Assembly: GCA_050953065.1 (NCBI GenBank)
Contig: JBMNLZ010000003.1
Coordinates: 365,544-429,543, forward strand
Direction: 5' to 3'
Origin: Bacilli bacterium
GTDB taxonomy: Bacteria; Bacillota_I; Bacilli_A; ML615J-28; CAG-698
Length of the DNA stretch: 64,000 nucleotides
The notes beneath the pieces are model-generated. The model saw nothing but the letters and a program-made list of their open reading frames with translations. It was not told the origin of the DNA and ran no database searches. This document shows positions 31,438-42,600 of this stretch, one piece after another (the first letter of the stretch is position 1; every line of letters starts with the position of its first letter). The translations under genes were made by a program, and so were the position numbers.

Positions 31438-34400
31438 TTAATGACCTCCTGATAAGACTAAATAGCTTTTCGCTTTTACTGTAATTCCGTTTATACTATC
31501 AACATAATCTGCTGTAAGCGATTTGTTAATTAATATTTCAACACCATTAGAATAAACTACCTTAACAACATTTGTTCTTCCACCTACTAATTCATGACTT
31601 ACTAATCTTCCACCATGAATTCCAACTGCATCTAAAGTTTCTTTAGTATTAACAACTTTAGCTTTCCAGTTAGCATAATAAGTTTGAGGATAATGATTGT
31701 ATCTTGTATCATATAAAATCTTTGGATCTTCATATGAGAAAACAAATTGTAAATTAGAACCAGTTTCAAGTAGTTTCAATAATTCCATTTGCTCATCACC
31801 AGTAAGGTTATAAGCTGGTCCAGTGTAATCAAATAATCCACTTATTATTAATTGATAGAAAGGAATTGTATAGTCAATGATTGGATTTTGTGATGAATAA
31901 ATAGGCACATCAACTGCATAGTCAACATATGATAATGCATATTCAAATGGCGCACTTAATTTAACCTTACCAATCTCTTCTTTAAACATTCCAAGAGCTT
32001 GTTTTTGATAAGCACAACCAACCTCAGCATATACTTCTGCTCCTCTTTGATAATCACTAACTTTAACATTTCCTAAGTCAACTGCATATACACCTTCACT
32101 GTTTAACTTCTTAAATGAAGGAAGTAGTGTGTCAACTAGCGAAGTATAATATTTAGCAGAAACATAGTTTGTTCCTATATAAGTTCTCTTATCTTGAACT
32201 TTTGTTGCTAAGTTATAAGGATAATGCGTAGAATATGATGCACCAATACTCTTACCAGTATATTTCATATTACCAAAAGAATAATCATAACCTTTATTTG
32301 TAGTAACATTCATTTCTGGATAAAAATCAATATTGTTTTGATACAAGAAATCTTTGAACTTATTTAAGCCCTTCACTCCTCCTAAAACTTTTGCAACTTT
32401 ATGATTGCTACGAGCTTTAAATTCTAAAGCATCCTCACTCCAACCACGATAACTAACACTTAAATTATGAATATCATAATCCATTAATTCTTCTAATATT
32501 TCTTGTGCTTGTTTGAATGTAGTAAGAGATGATTTAATTTTATGTTTAACTCCTAAAGTTAAGATATATCTTTCATAAGCTCCTAAAAAGTTAACATCAA
32601 CTAACGTATTAGCACTTGTATCATGTGCTTCAAGTAAATATTTATTAACTAAATAAATTCTATATACTTCAGCTACTTTTGAATATGTTAATTGATTAGC
32701 CCTTAAGAATATAAAGTCATATTGAAAATCAATTGTATTTAAAGTTGTACTCCATTTATTAAACTTAGAAGTATTCCATTTATTAGTACCAACTGCAACT
32801 TCTTCCATTTCTCTAAAATAAGTTTGGAATTTAGCATGGTTATATGGTTTACCACGTTGACTATCATGAAGTGTTCCTGCATCAAGAACAGAACTATTAG
32901 CACCATTTGCTACTATTCCAACAACACCCTTTTGATTAGTTGTATCAATGTAACCATACATTGGAAACATCAATTTTTCAGCGTTATCAGAATCAGGCAT
33001 TTGATATGGAGCAATATTCATATCTCTACCATACATCCTCTTCCTAAAATCATTATAGTTTAATTCTTGAGCACCATTATTAAACTTAATAACAGCGCCA
33101 GACCCATCTGGTACAACTAACATACCTTCGCTTGTAGCCTCATCATTAAACGTAAAATATGGTAAAAAGTCAATATATGATAAACGATAATTATGACTAT
33201 AAGGATCATTATAATCAAGTGAACCATTACCTTCTTTTAATATATCACCTAAAAGCATGAATTTAACGCCTTCATAATCTTTTGCTAAAGATACTTCCAT
33301 ACCAACTCTAAATCTAACAGGTACTAAGTCACCTTCAACACCAAAGTATTGGTTTTCATGGTAAGCTTCTTCTATTGAATAATATGCTGGAATTGGCAAG
33401 CCATCTTCATCATAAATAAAGCCATCTTCATCTCGTGCTGCATATCCTGCATTTCTTCTCGCAAGATAATATTTAGGATCATCTTCTAGATTATCAAAAT
33501 TCAAAGATTTAGCTGCTACAAGCTCATCAATTTTATCTTGGTCATCTAAAAGACTTGCATCATAAACATATTTTTCATTTACTAAATGTCTTTCAGATGT
33601 TTCATAAAGCAAATTAAATAAAGCTGTAAATTGTGTGCTAGATGTCGCTTTTAATTTATAAAAACGATATTTATCAGGCTCTTCATCTTTGTTTACTTGA
33701 TCATCTGTTTCGATTTTATAAAATCCATCAAATAATGAGTTTTTAGTTCCTTCATAAATAAACGGGTTAACTATACAAGGAGAGGCTCCTTCTTCGCCAT
33801 AATTAGTTGCATTAATTGTTGTTCCCCAGCCATTAACAAACTCTTCAGTTAAATAAGTTATATTAAAGTAAAGGTTTGTAGCATCTGGTTCAACTGTTTC
33901 TGGAAGCGGATTTACATCTCCATAGTTGTTATCATGAATATATTTTGCAACATCATAATTTGATGTTGTAGCACTATAAGTGCCACTATTTTGATATTCT
34001 CTATATCTAACCACTCTAATAGACATAGTATCACCAAATGAATCCATAATACTTACATTAGCATATTCTTGATTAATTCTAATATTCCCGATGAATTGAT
34101 TAATCATTTTTTCAATTCTCATTTTATCTGGATAATAAGTTTGAGTAAAACGACCTATATCATAAGAGATTTGAACCCCATCATCAATGTAATTAATAGC
34201 ATAATGTTTTTCATATGTATTTGATGTTTTATTATAAAAGTTTACGCTATCAGTCATAGTATTAAGACCAGTTGTAATTTGAGTTCCATTAGCACCATAA
34301 TAGAACAATCTAAAATGGCTACCATAGGCTGAAGATACATCATCATTAGTTGTTGTATATGTCTTACCTGTTCTTTTATCAACAATTGTAATTCTAGTAG

Positions 34401-34638
34401 TTTCTTCATTGATAAACATTTCAAAATTGTCATTTTCAGCAAACTTTTTATTATTATCAAATGTTTCCATTGAAGATGCTTCAACAAAATCTTCTAGATT
34501 TATTTTTTTATTAGTAAAAGCTAATTCTTCTGCTAAAGCAATAGTACTAAGACCTCCAACAAAATAAACTAATAACGTAATCACTAAAACAATAACTAAT
34601 AAAGAAGGAATAATATATTTAGCTTTTAAAAATCTCAT
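31438..34638 (-). CDS. giant N-terminally membrane-anchored extracytoplasmic protein of unknown function (DUF5696-like?)
   Basis: About 1066 aa with one N-terminal TM (IIPSLLVIVLVITLLVYFVGGL). No motif was recognised. Its size and its neighbours (a Yip1 protein, CUT1 permeases) resemble DUF5696-type proteins as I recall them. The second ATG (34638) has better spacing from GGAGGG. Confidence 0.75.
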   Translation of the reverse strand: MRFLKAKYIIPSLLVIVLVITLLVYFVGGLSTIALAEELAFTNKKINLEDFVEASSMETFDNNKKFAENDNFEMFINEETTRITIVDKRTGKTYTTTNDDVSSAYGSHFRLFYYGANGTQITTGLNTMTDSVNFYNKTSNTYEKHYAINYIDDGVQISYDIGRFTQTYYPDKMRIEKMINQFIGNIRINQEYANVSIMDSFGDTMSIRVVRYREYQNSGTYSATTSNYDVAKYIHDNNYGDVNPLPETVEPDATNLYFNITYLTEEFVNGWGTTINATNYGEEGASPCIVNPFIYEGTKNSLFDGFYKIETDDQVNKDEEPDKYRFYKLKATSSTQFTALFNLLYETSERHLVNEKYVYDASLLDDQDKIDELVAAKSLNFDNLEDDPKYYLARRNAGYAARDEDGFIYDEDGLPIPAYYSIEEAYHENQYFGVEGDLVPVRFRVGMEVSLAKDYEGVKFMLLGDILKEGNGSLDYNDPYSHNYRLSYIDFLPYFTFNDEATSEGMLVVPDGSGAVIKFNNGAQELNYNDFRKRMYGRDMNIAPYQMPDSDNAEKLMFPMYGYIDTTNQKGVVGIVANGANSSVLDAGTLHDSQRGKPYNHAKFQTYFREMEEVAVGTNKWNTSKFNKWSTTLNTIDFQYDFIFLRANQLTYSKVAEVYRIYLVNKYLLEAHDTSANTLVDVNFLGAYERYILTLGVKHKIKSSLTTFKQAQEILEELMDYDIHNLSVSYRGWSEDALEFKARSNHKVAKVLGGVKGLNKFKDFLYQNNIDFYPEMNVTTNKGYDYSFGNMKYTGKSIGASYSTHYPYNLATKVQDKRTYIGTNYVSAKYYTSLVDTLLPSFKKLNSEGVYAVDLGNVKVSDYQRGAEVYAEVGCAYQKQALGMFKEEIGKVKLSAPFEYALSYVDYAVDVPIYSSQNPIIDYTIPFYQLIISGLFDYTGPAYNLTGDEQMELLKLLETGSNLQFVFSYEDPKILYDTRYNHYPQTYYANWKAKVVNTKETLDAVGIHGGRLVSHELVGGRTNVVKVVYSNGVEILINKSLTADYVDSINGITVKAKSYLVLSGGH

Positions 34639-34649
34639 AAACATCCCTC

Positions 34650-35339
34650 CTATAAATACCTCAGTGATATTTCACGATAAATGGTATATATGAAACCTAT
34701 TATTGTTTGGAAAAGGTTGAAGCAAAGAAGTAGGATAAATGCAACTACCATCGCTGCAATTGCAGTAGCAACAATAGTAAGAATACATTTAAGTAAACCG
34801 TACTCATGAACTCCAATAATTCCAAAGAAAGCCATATATCCCATCATGAACACACCAAGACTATTTACTAAATGATATAAAGCCATCTCTTCTGCAACAA
34901 GCACATTGCTTAAAACCATTCCTATAATAGTAGTAAATATCATAGGATATAAGCAATAACTTATCATTAAAAAGATATCTTTCATTTTTCCTTTACCATC
35001 AAACAAAGTCGCAACTGACCAGTTTGAAACAGTAAATAAAACAATCGGAGCAACAACATAAGCAATTTCTGCGAATGTGCTCAATTCATTAATATTTCTA
35101 TCACTTACTAAGAATCCCAAAAATTGGAATTTTAGTATTTGAAGTAAAATAATCACAGCAATAAATGTTAAAGCTACTGACCATTTACCTCTATTTTCTC
35201 TTTTGAATTCATCAAAACCTTTAATTGGGTGAGCTAAAATATAACCAGGGAATTTAACGAATTCTGCATAAAAATACTTTAATCTACTTTTTACTTTAGC
35301 ACCAAAGCCAGTTTTATTATTTGTTTCAGTATTATTCAT
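34650..35339 (-). CDS. Yip1-domain polytopic membrane protein
   Basis: N-terminal HPIKGFDEFKRENRGKW followed by five TM segments. Its start overlaps the upstream stop as TAATG. Confidence 0.7.
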   Translation of the reverse strand: MNNTETNNKTGFGAKVKSRLKYFYAEFVKFPGYILAHPIKGFDEFKRENRGKWSVALTFIAVIILLQILKFQFLGFLVSDRNINELSTFAEIAYVVAPIVLFTVSNWSVATLFDGKGKMKDIFLMISYCLYPMIFTTIIGMVLSNVLVAEEMALYHLVNSLGVFMMGYMAFFGIIGVHEYGLLKCILTIVATAIAAMVVAFILLLCFNLFQTIIGFIYTIYREISLRYL

Positions 35340-37045
35340 TATTCATCACCTATTCCTGATTCTTCATAACCACCTCGTTTTACACGTTTGTATATACTCC
35401 ATCCCACTAATCCTACGACTATAGCTAAGCCTATATACATTACAGTTGTAAAATATTCCTTGATTATCTCATCACGATATAATTTATAAGCACGTGAATA
35501 TAAATCTTTATTATAACCAAGTTCGAAGTAATCTAATGCTTCAATGTATTCACCCTCATACATTAAAGTCTTTCCAATACCAACATATGCATATTGATAG
35601 TTAGCATTTTTTTGAACAACTTTTCGCCATTCTCTTGCAGACTCAATATAGTCTCCATCAACATAATACTTAACTGCTTTATTGATAATTGCTCCAATAT
35701 CTGTTGGTTGGAAAACCATTAAAGCTTTTGAGTTTTTATCAATCAGTAAAACATTTTCACCTTGATAAACAAGTGCTACTGGATTATCAAGCTCATTAAT
35801 TTGAGTTCCTTTTCCACCTGAAATATAAAGCAAGTTTCCTTCAGCATCATATGTAAAAAGTCTTCCGTTAGCTGAGTCTGCTACAGTATAAATTCCATAA
35901 TCATTAACTGCAATTGCAGTTAAGTCAGGATGAGATGTTGCTTGAGTTGTTCTTAGGTATACTATATCTCCCTTAGGTACATTATAACCATTTCTCTTTA
36001 AAACATCACTTTCAGCTGGATTTAACTTCTTAATCATTGATCTATCGTTAGTTACAAGACCTTTTGTATTAGTAGTAGGACCAGCTGTTGTATAAATGAA
36101 GTTAGCGCTATCTATACAAAGAGAGTTAAAGATTTGGTTTAATACTTGCGTAGATTGAGAAAGTTGAGCCTCAGTTGCAAGATTTCTCCAGAATATTTCC
36201 CAAACACTTAAAGCAACTTTATTAACCCCAGTAAAACCATAAAATTCTCCAGTTGGACTTAGTTTAATAATCCCTTCATTAATTCCTGAAGAAATTACAT
36301 AAAGTCTTCCTGAACTATCTGCTACCATTTTGAAAGGTAAGAAAGCCTTTGTTTTAAAAGCATGCGCTTGTGGAGTTGAAATTACTCTAATAACTTTAAA
36401 TGTATCACTATCTAAAACAATGACTTGTTGGTTATTAGTATCACAAATATAGATATAATCTTCTCCTGTAGTTCTAACTACACCTCTAAAGACTCCATTT
36501 GGACCATTTAAAACAATACTAGCTCCAGTTGCTTGAAAATCTTCAAAGCTAACTAAACCAACATTTGTTCCATCTACTTCTCTAATAATTAAAGGAGTTC
36601 TAATACCATTATTATTAGTATTAATCTTTAATGCTTCTTCATATGTAAACTTTGTTTTATCAAGTTCAAAGGCATCAATTACATAATCATCTTCTGGATT
36701 ATCATCTACTCCCATTATTTTTAAAAGACTTAAATTCTTATCAAAAATAAACATCTTATTAGAAATTGAGTCTACTAAATAAAGTTTTTCTTCATATCCT
36801 AATAATTCATGGAATTCATTTCTTAATTCTTTTTTAAACAAAAACAAATCAGCTGGTGATCTAAAGTCAGCATCTCTTAACCCTAAATCTCCAAACTTAT
36901 AAACATTTGACACAGTAAGACCTTTATCAGAATAGATTGGTTTATTATCATGAGTATAAATATATCCTGTTTCAGCCTTTACTATCGGCAAAGTACACAT
37001 TAAAACCATTAAAATAAATACAATTAAAATTCTTCTTTTTATCAT
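35339..37045 (-). CDS. secreted beta-propeller-like (NHL/YVTN-type repeats) protein with C-terminal TPR-like segment and TM anchor
   Basis: Signal peptide ...LPIVKA|E. Repeated strand-rich units are present (LYVISSG, LFTYDAEGNLLYISGG, DNPVALVYQGENVLLID). It then has YAYVGIGKTLMYEGEYIEALDYF (TPR-like) and the TM MYIGLAIVVGLVGWSIY. Confidence 0.65.
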   Translation of the reverse strand: MIKRRILIVFILMVLMCTLPIVKAETGYIYTHDNKPIYSDKGLTVSNVYKFGDLGLRDADFRSPADLFLFKKELRNEFHELLGYEEKLYLVDSISNKMFIFDKNLSLLKIMGVDDNPEDDYVIDAFELDKTKFTYEEALKINTNNNGIRTPLIIREVDGTNVGLVSFEDFQATGASIVLNGPNGVFRGVVRTTGEDYIYICDTNNQQVIVLDSDTFKVIRVISTPQAHAFKTKAFLPFKMVADSSGRLYVISSGINEGIIKLSPTGEFYGFTGVNKVALSVWEIFWRNLATEAQLSQSTQVLNQIFNSLCIDSANFIYTTAGPTTNTKGLVTNDRSMIKKLNPAESDVLKRNGYNVPKGDIVYLRTTQATSHPDLTAIAVNDYGIYTVADSANGRLFTYDAEGNLLYISGGKGTQINELDNPVALVYQGENVLLIDKNSKALMVFQPTDIGAIINKAVKYYVDGDYIESAREWRKVVQKNANYQYAYVGIGKTLMYEGEYIEALDYFELGYNKDLYSRAYKLYRDEIIKEYFTTVMYIGLAIVVGLVGWSIYKRVKRGGYEESGIGDE

Positions 37046-37057
37046 TTCAATTCACCT

Positions 37058-38572
37058 CTACTTCATACCCGAATGAGCCATCGTTTCCATAATTTGACTC
37101 TGAGATATTATAAATATAGTAATTGGAACCGAAATCATAATCAAACTAACTGCCGCTAAAACCCCAACACGAGCAGGTCCTGCTGTTGAAATTTGAACCA
37201 GTGCATAACTTACCATTTTTAAGTCTTCACGATAAATAAATGTAGATCCATCAGCTGCCCATAATCTTTGGAATACCAAAATAATTAAAGTAAGCCAAGC
37301 AGGTTTTACTAAAGGCATAACAATAGAAAACCATATCTTAAATTCTCCAGCTCCATCAATCTTAGCTGACTCAATTAACGAAGTCGGCACTTGAGACATA
37401 AACTGTTTCATTAAGAATAGCCCTAACGGGAAGGATATCATCGGCAAGATCATAGCCCAATAAGTATCTATCAATCCAATATAGTTAAATACAATATAGT
37501 TAGGAATACTTGTTACTTCATGAGGGAACATCAATGAATAAACAATTAGTCCAAAGATAATTGATCCACCAGGAACTTTATATTTTGCTAGTGCATAAGC
37601 ACACATCGAAGCAAATATAACGTGTCCAATTGTACCCATAATAGTTATAAAAATTGTATTAAAGAAATATCTTGAGAAAGGTACTAAAGAAGCACCTAAA
37701 ACTCCACCTAAATCCTTAAAGTTTTCTAAACTAGGGTTTCTCGGGAAAAATCTTGGTGGGAATAAGAATAATTCATCAAGTGGTTTAAATGCATTTGAAA
37801 TTGTTAGAATTAATGGTAACAAACTAAATGCTCCACATAATGCTAAGAATAAGAATAAGAAAAAATCTCCAGTCTTTGATCTATTAAGTCTTTTCTTTTT
37901 CTTAGATTTCATTTTTATTTTCAAAGCATTAATTTCAGCAAATGGTCTAGAATCTACTACTCTATGTAGTTTAATTTTAGCTCCATCAACTTCTTCTAAG
38001 CCTTCTTCTTGCATCTTAGTTTTTAATTCTAAATAGAATTCATATTTTGCTAACTCTATTAAAGGGATAACCCAACAAAGCAAAACACCTAAAGTTATGA
38101 TTCCAAGTAAAATTAATGGTAAATAACTAAGATATAATTTAAACAATTCCTTTTTATGTCCATGCATCATCCTTTTACTTTTTTGAATTGCTTTAGATGA
38201 TCCTATCTTTGGTTCATCAAGCAAAATGTAAAAAGACATTGAATAACTTAAGGCTTTAACAATTCCAGGAATTATTAATAAAATTGTCCAAAAAATTTGA
38301 TAAAGTGTCTTTTTAATATATAAAACTATTTTATCGTTAATATGATTAAATTCTGAAAATAGTTTCTTTAAAGATATTTCTTCACCCTTAGAGATACTAA
38401 CTATAACACTTGAAAATCCCATTAATAATGGCCCGCCAATAATCAAGGCACCAAGTAGTGGAGGAATAATCCAAGCTGCTAAAATTATCAACCCACAGAT
38501 AAAGCTAATTAACGCTGCTGTTTTAAAATTGGGTTTAATCTTACTTAATGCAAGACTTCTATATTTTTTCAT
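37058..38572 (-). CDS. fusion: DUF975-like membrane domain + CUT1 ABC permease (MalG-type)
   Basis: Residues 1-185 match the DUF975 pattern (GGPLLMGFSSVIVSISKGEEISLKKLFSEF...). A charged linker (KKKKRLNRSK) follows, then a six-TM permease with EAA loop ESAKIDGAGEFKIWFSIVMPLVKP. Confidence 0.85.
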   Translation of the reverse strand: MKKYRSLALSKIKPNFKTAALISFICGLIILAAWIIPPLLGALIIGGPLLMGFSSVIVSISKGEEISLKKLFSEFNHINDKIVLYIKKTLYQIFWTILLIIPGIVKALSYSMSFYILLDEPKIGSSKAIQKSKRMMHGHKKELFKLYLSYLPLILLGIITLGVLLCWVIPLIELAKYEFYLELKTKMQEEGLEEVDGAKIKLHRVVDSRPFAEINALKIKMKSKKKKRLNRSKTGDFFLFLFLALCGAFSLLPLILTISNAFKPLDELFLFPPRFFPRNPSLENFKDLGGVLGASLVPFSRYFFNTIFITIMGTIGHVIFASMCAYALAKYKVPGGSIIFGLIVYSLMFPHEVTSIPNYIVFNYIGLIDTYWAMILPMISFPLGLFLMKQFMSQVPTSLIESAKIDGAGEFKIWFSIVMPLVKPAWLTLIILVFQRLWAADGSTFIYREDLKMVSYALVQISTAGPARVGVLAAVSLIMISVPITIFIISQSQIMETMAHSGMK

Positions 38573-38586
38573 CTTGTCCTCCTTTC

Positions 38587-39663
38587 CTATGTGCCGACCT
38601 TGCGGATAATCTTTTGAATTGCTTTATTAAGTAGTATCGCTGTTACGAATAATAGTGTTGCGATGGCTGAGGCATATCCCATTTCAAATCTAACACTACC
38701 ATAATCGGTTAAGTGGTTGATGATTGTATGTCCTGAATATTCAATTGAAGGGAATCCTGCCAAAGCTGTTGAAATCGCACCAACACCAAGAGAAGCTGAA
38801 ATTTGAATAACGGCACTAAATGTTAATTGTGGTTTCATATTAGGTAATGTAATAAACCATAATTCTTGCCATCTATTTCTAACACCATCCACGGCAGCTG
38901 CTTCATATTGAGTTTTATCAACGCTCTTTAATCCCGCAATTAAAGCTAGGAAGTTAACACCTAAACTCATCCATAATTGTACTACAATAATAATCGGCAA
39001 AATATATTTTGAGTTTTGAAGCCAAGTAATTGGTTCTGCAATAAATCCAAATTGGATTAAGAATGAGTTCGCATAACCATAAATATCACTATTGAAAATC
39101 AAAGTCCAAATAAGAATCGCATTTCCTGCTAAAGAAGGAGCATAGAATGCTAAAGTAATAAATGGTTTTATTTTTGGAGGTAATTCATTAATTAACCAAG
39201 CAAATACGAAACTCAGTAAATATCCAATCGGTCCAGTAACAACTGCAATAATCAAAGTGTTTTTAACTGCAGTTATAAAAATATCATCATCTAAAAACAA
39301 AGTTAAATAGTTTGAAAAGCCTACCCAACGTGGTGCTTCTAAAAGGTTAAAATAAGTAAAACTTAATCCAAAGCTCATTACAACTGGTAAAACTGTAAAA
39401 ACAGTGAATAGTAGTACATAAGGAAACATCATTAGATATAGAGTTCTATTTAAATATAGTTTTCTTCTAAAAGGTTTCTTTCTACTCCACAGATCAATTT
39501 TCTTTCCAGTGCGCTCTTTCCAAGCAATAAATCTTTTCCATAAATCTTTTAAAGTTTTCTTACCTTGAGAAGAATCATTAGACTTTGTTGATTCACTAAT
39601 TTCTTCAAGATTATTGTTTTCTTCTTTAGAAACATTTAAATCTTTATCAATTACATTTTCCAT
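38587..39663 (-). CDS. CUT1 carbohydrate ABC transporter permease (MalF-type) with ~60-aa acidic/Ser-rich N-terminal extension
   Basis: EAA loop YEAAAVDGVRNRWQELWFITLPNMKP. Confidence 0.85.
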   Translation of the reverse strand: MENVIDKDLNVSKEENNNLEEISESTKSNDSSQGKKTLKDLWKRFIAWKERTGKKIDLWSRKKPFRRKLYLNRTLYLMMFPYVLLFTVFTVLPVVMSFGLSFTYFNLLEAPRWVGFSNYLTLFLDDDIFITAVKNTLIIAVVTGPIGYLLSFVFAWLINELPPKIKPFITLAFYAPSLAGNAILIWTLIFNSDIYGYANSFLIQFGFIAEPITWLQNSKYILPIIIVVQLWMSLGVNFLALIAGLKSVDKTQYEAAAVDGVRNRWQELWFITLPNMKPQLTFSAVIQISASLGVGAISTALAGFPSIEYSGHTIINHLTDYGSVRFEMGYASAIATLLFVTAILLNKAIQKIIRKVGT

Positions 39664-39677
39664 TGATCTTCTCCTTT

Positions 39678-42600
39678 CTAATCAAGTCCAAACTCAGCGC
39701 GTTTTCTAGCAATCTCACTGTTTATAATTTGGATGTATTGTTCTAGTGTTTCGCGTGGTTCTTTATCTTTATTTACAACTTCACGGAAGGCATTTTCTAA
39801 GTTACGTCCTGTATAATATCCACCAGGAACTTCTGGTACACCAACAGTTTTTTTCCATTGAGTAGTTAATACTTCAATTTCTTTTGCTGTCCATGCCATT
39901 CTTCTAAATGCTTTAATATTAGGAGTATTATGACGAGCTGCTGGCCCTAAAACTGATTCCAATTCACGAGCATAAGCAAATTGTGTTTCTTCACTTGTCC
40001 ACCATTTCATAAATTCCCAAGCAGCTTCTTTTTCTCTAGCTTGAGCCATCATTACAACAGCAGTTCCACCTGCTGCACCTCTATGATCTAGAGTACCATC
40101 TTCTCTAATTGTTCCAGGAAGTAGGGCAAAGTCCCATTTACCTCTAATCTCTGGCGCAGAAACCATCAAAGTATTATACATTTCATAGTTAGCAATTCCA
40201 ATTGGAGTTTCCCCAGTTCTAAAACGGTTAAAGAATGATGCTGCAAGAGGGAAACTATATTCACTATAAAATCTTGACCAAGTATCAAAAGCATTCATTG
40301 CTGCAGGGCTATCAAAAGCTGATTCACGATTACCATTCTTATAGAATGTTCCATCTTGTTGATAAAGCATTGAAGCAAAGATTTGGTTAACTACAGAGTT
40401 AGCTAAAACTGTATTAAGTGGTAAATAAAATTGCAAGTTTTTAAGTTGTAATTCTGGAATAATTTCAATTACATCTTCCCAAGTCCAAGGATTTTCTAAA
40501 GTAGGACGTTTCCATTCATATTCATTGAAAATATCTGTTCTATAAAATGTTACTAAAAATGACTGAGTATTAGGTAAAGCATAATATGCACCGTTTAACT
40601 CATATGGAACCATGGCACTTGCTTGGAAGTTTCTATTTTCATCTTCTGGATCTACATTTGCAGTACATGTTCCACGAGCAATTTCATCCGCTGAACAAAT
40701 TCCAGTTGTTTCATAGAATCCCTCATATTTTGAAATATCTTCAATTGCATTACGAAGTGCATAGTTAATTGGAAGTCCATTTGGAACGTTGATTGCTACA
40801 TCAGGCCCTCTTTTTGCAAGTGTTGCTGGAAGTAGTACACCAGGTGCTACTAATTTCAAGCTAACGTTTGCATGATCAAATGTATCTAAAATTAGATTAC
40901 TCAAAGCATTTGCTTGTTCACGTCCAGCTGTCTCACTTGTTAAAAACCAAACTTGAATTGTTGGTAAATTAGCTTTAGCTTCAGTTACACCAATACTTTC
41001 ATAATCAAAGAAGAATGATTTGAAGAATGATTTAATACTAAACCAACTACCTGCAAAGAAATTAGGATTTGCTTTTGGCAAAGCATTTTTCCTGCTTAAA
41101 CTTGATTTATCTGAATGAATAAATAATTGATCAACTACAATTGATTGTTCACTGATTTGTAAAATCCATGTTCCTAAAGCTGAAATGTTGTTACTATAAT
41201 CTTTAAGACGTCTTTGAATCGTTCTAACGTTATTAACAAATGAATCAAGTTGTAGAGCCATTCTATCAAGACTTGCTGTCATATCGCTTTTCCCACCAGA
41301 TAATTCAGCTAAGATTCTATTAACATCTCTTAACTCTTTTGCACATTTTGCAAATGTTTCTTTTAATCCAACAATGCTTTTGCCATCTTCATAATAAACA
41401 GAAACAAAATCAGCTAAGTTTTCTACTAAGTAATAATCAATATATGGGTCTGGGTTTAAAGTAGTAACTGCAATAATTCTACGATAAACTCTATTTAACT
41501 CATCAATTACTGTATTTACTCTACTAACTAAACTACTGTAATCTCCTAAAGTTGCTTCCATTGTAATAGTATTTTTACCAGCATTTAAGTGGAAATAATA
41601 TGGAATTTCTTTTCCTGTCTCATCAAAGCCGCCCAAAGTCATGATTTTCCAATCTCTACTAAACTTGTATTTAGTATTTAGTGCTTCATCAAAAGGTACC
41701 TCACCATTTATTAAAACTTTTCTTGTCGTATAAACACCTCTTGAAACTCCTTGTTTTGCTCTAAATGAAATTTGATATAATCCTTCTTTTTCTACATCTA
41801 CTTTCCAAGAAATCCAATCGCCAGGTGAAGACCATTTAGTTCCACCAATTGCATTATATCTAATCCTTACAGGGTCACACGGAGAGTTCTTCGCACTCGT
41901 TCTATCATTTACTGCATAAAGTGTCGCAGATGAAGATGTTCTAATGTTTGGGTCTTCTGCTTCGTATAAAATCATCGTATCATCAACTTTATCAGCATCA
42001 TCAAACTGACCTATATAATCACTATAAGACATATAATCAGTTTTAGCACAAATATCAATTGCAAAAATACTCATTGGTTCTCTAATTGATTCAATTGTGA
42101 TTGTATTTTCACCTTCAAGCAAATGAATTAAATAAGGTTCAGTAACATACCCTAAATCATCTACAACATAGGCTCTAGTAATTTTTGGTTTTTCAATTTG
42201 AGTTGGTTTCATATCATTGCCCATGGCATCCATAAAGAACATTGATCCTTTAGATGCATCAATTGGACCATCTCCCCAAGTTCTTGAAAACACAATATTT
42301 TTCAAAGCCTCATATGGAGTTACGCCATTGATTTTAATACTTCTTTCAATTGATGCAGAACCACCTTTCTCAGGATAATAACTAAGTCTAATATTATAAT
42401 ATCCTGCATCTGGTACTGTAAATTTCCAAGTTGCACTACCTACTTCTGAAGTATAAAAAGGCTTAACTCCATTTACGATTGTTGCAAGATTAGCAACATC
42501 TGTAAAATCAGAGTGTACTAAGTCAGTATTATTTGTTGTATCAATAGTAATATTATTATTTGGAGTAATCATTTCATATGCTTTTAAATACTCCCCATAT

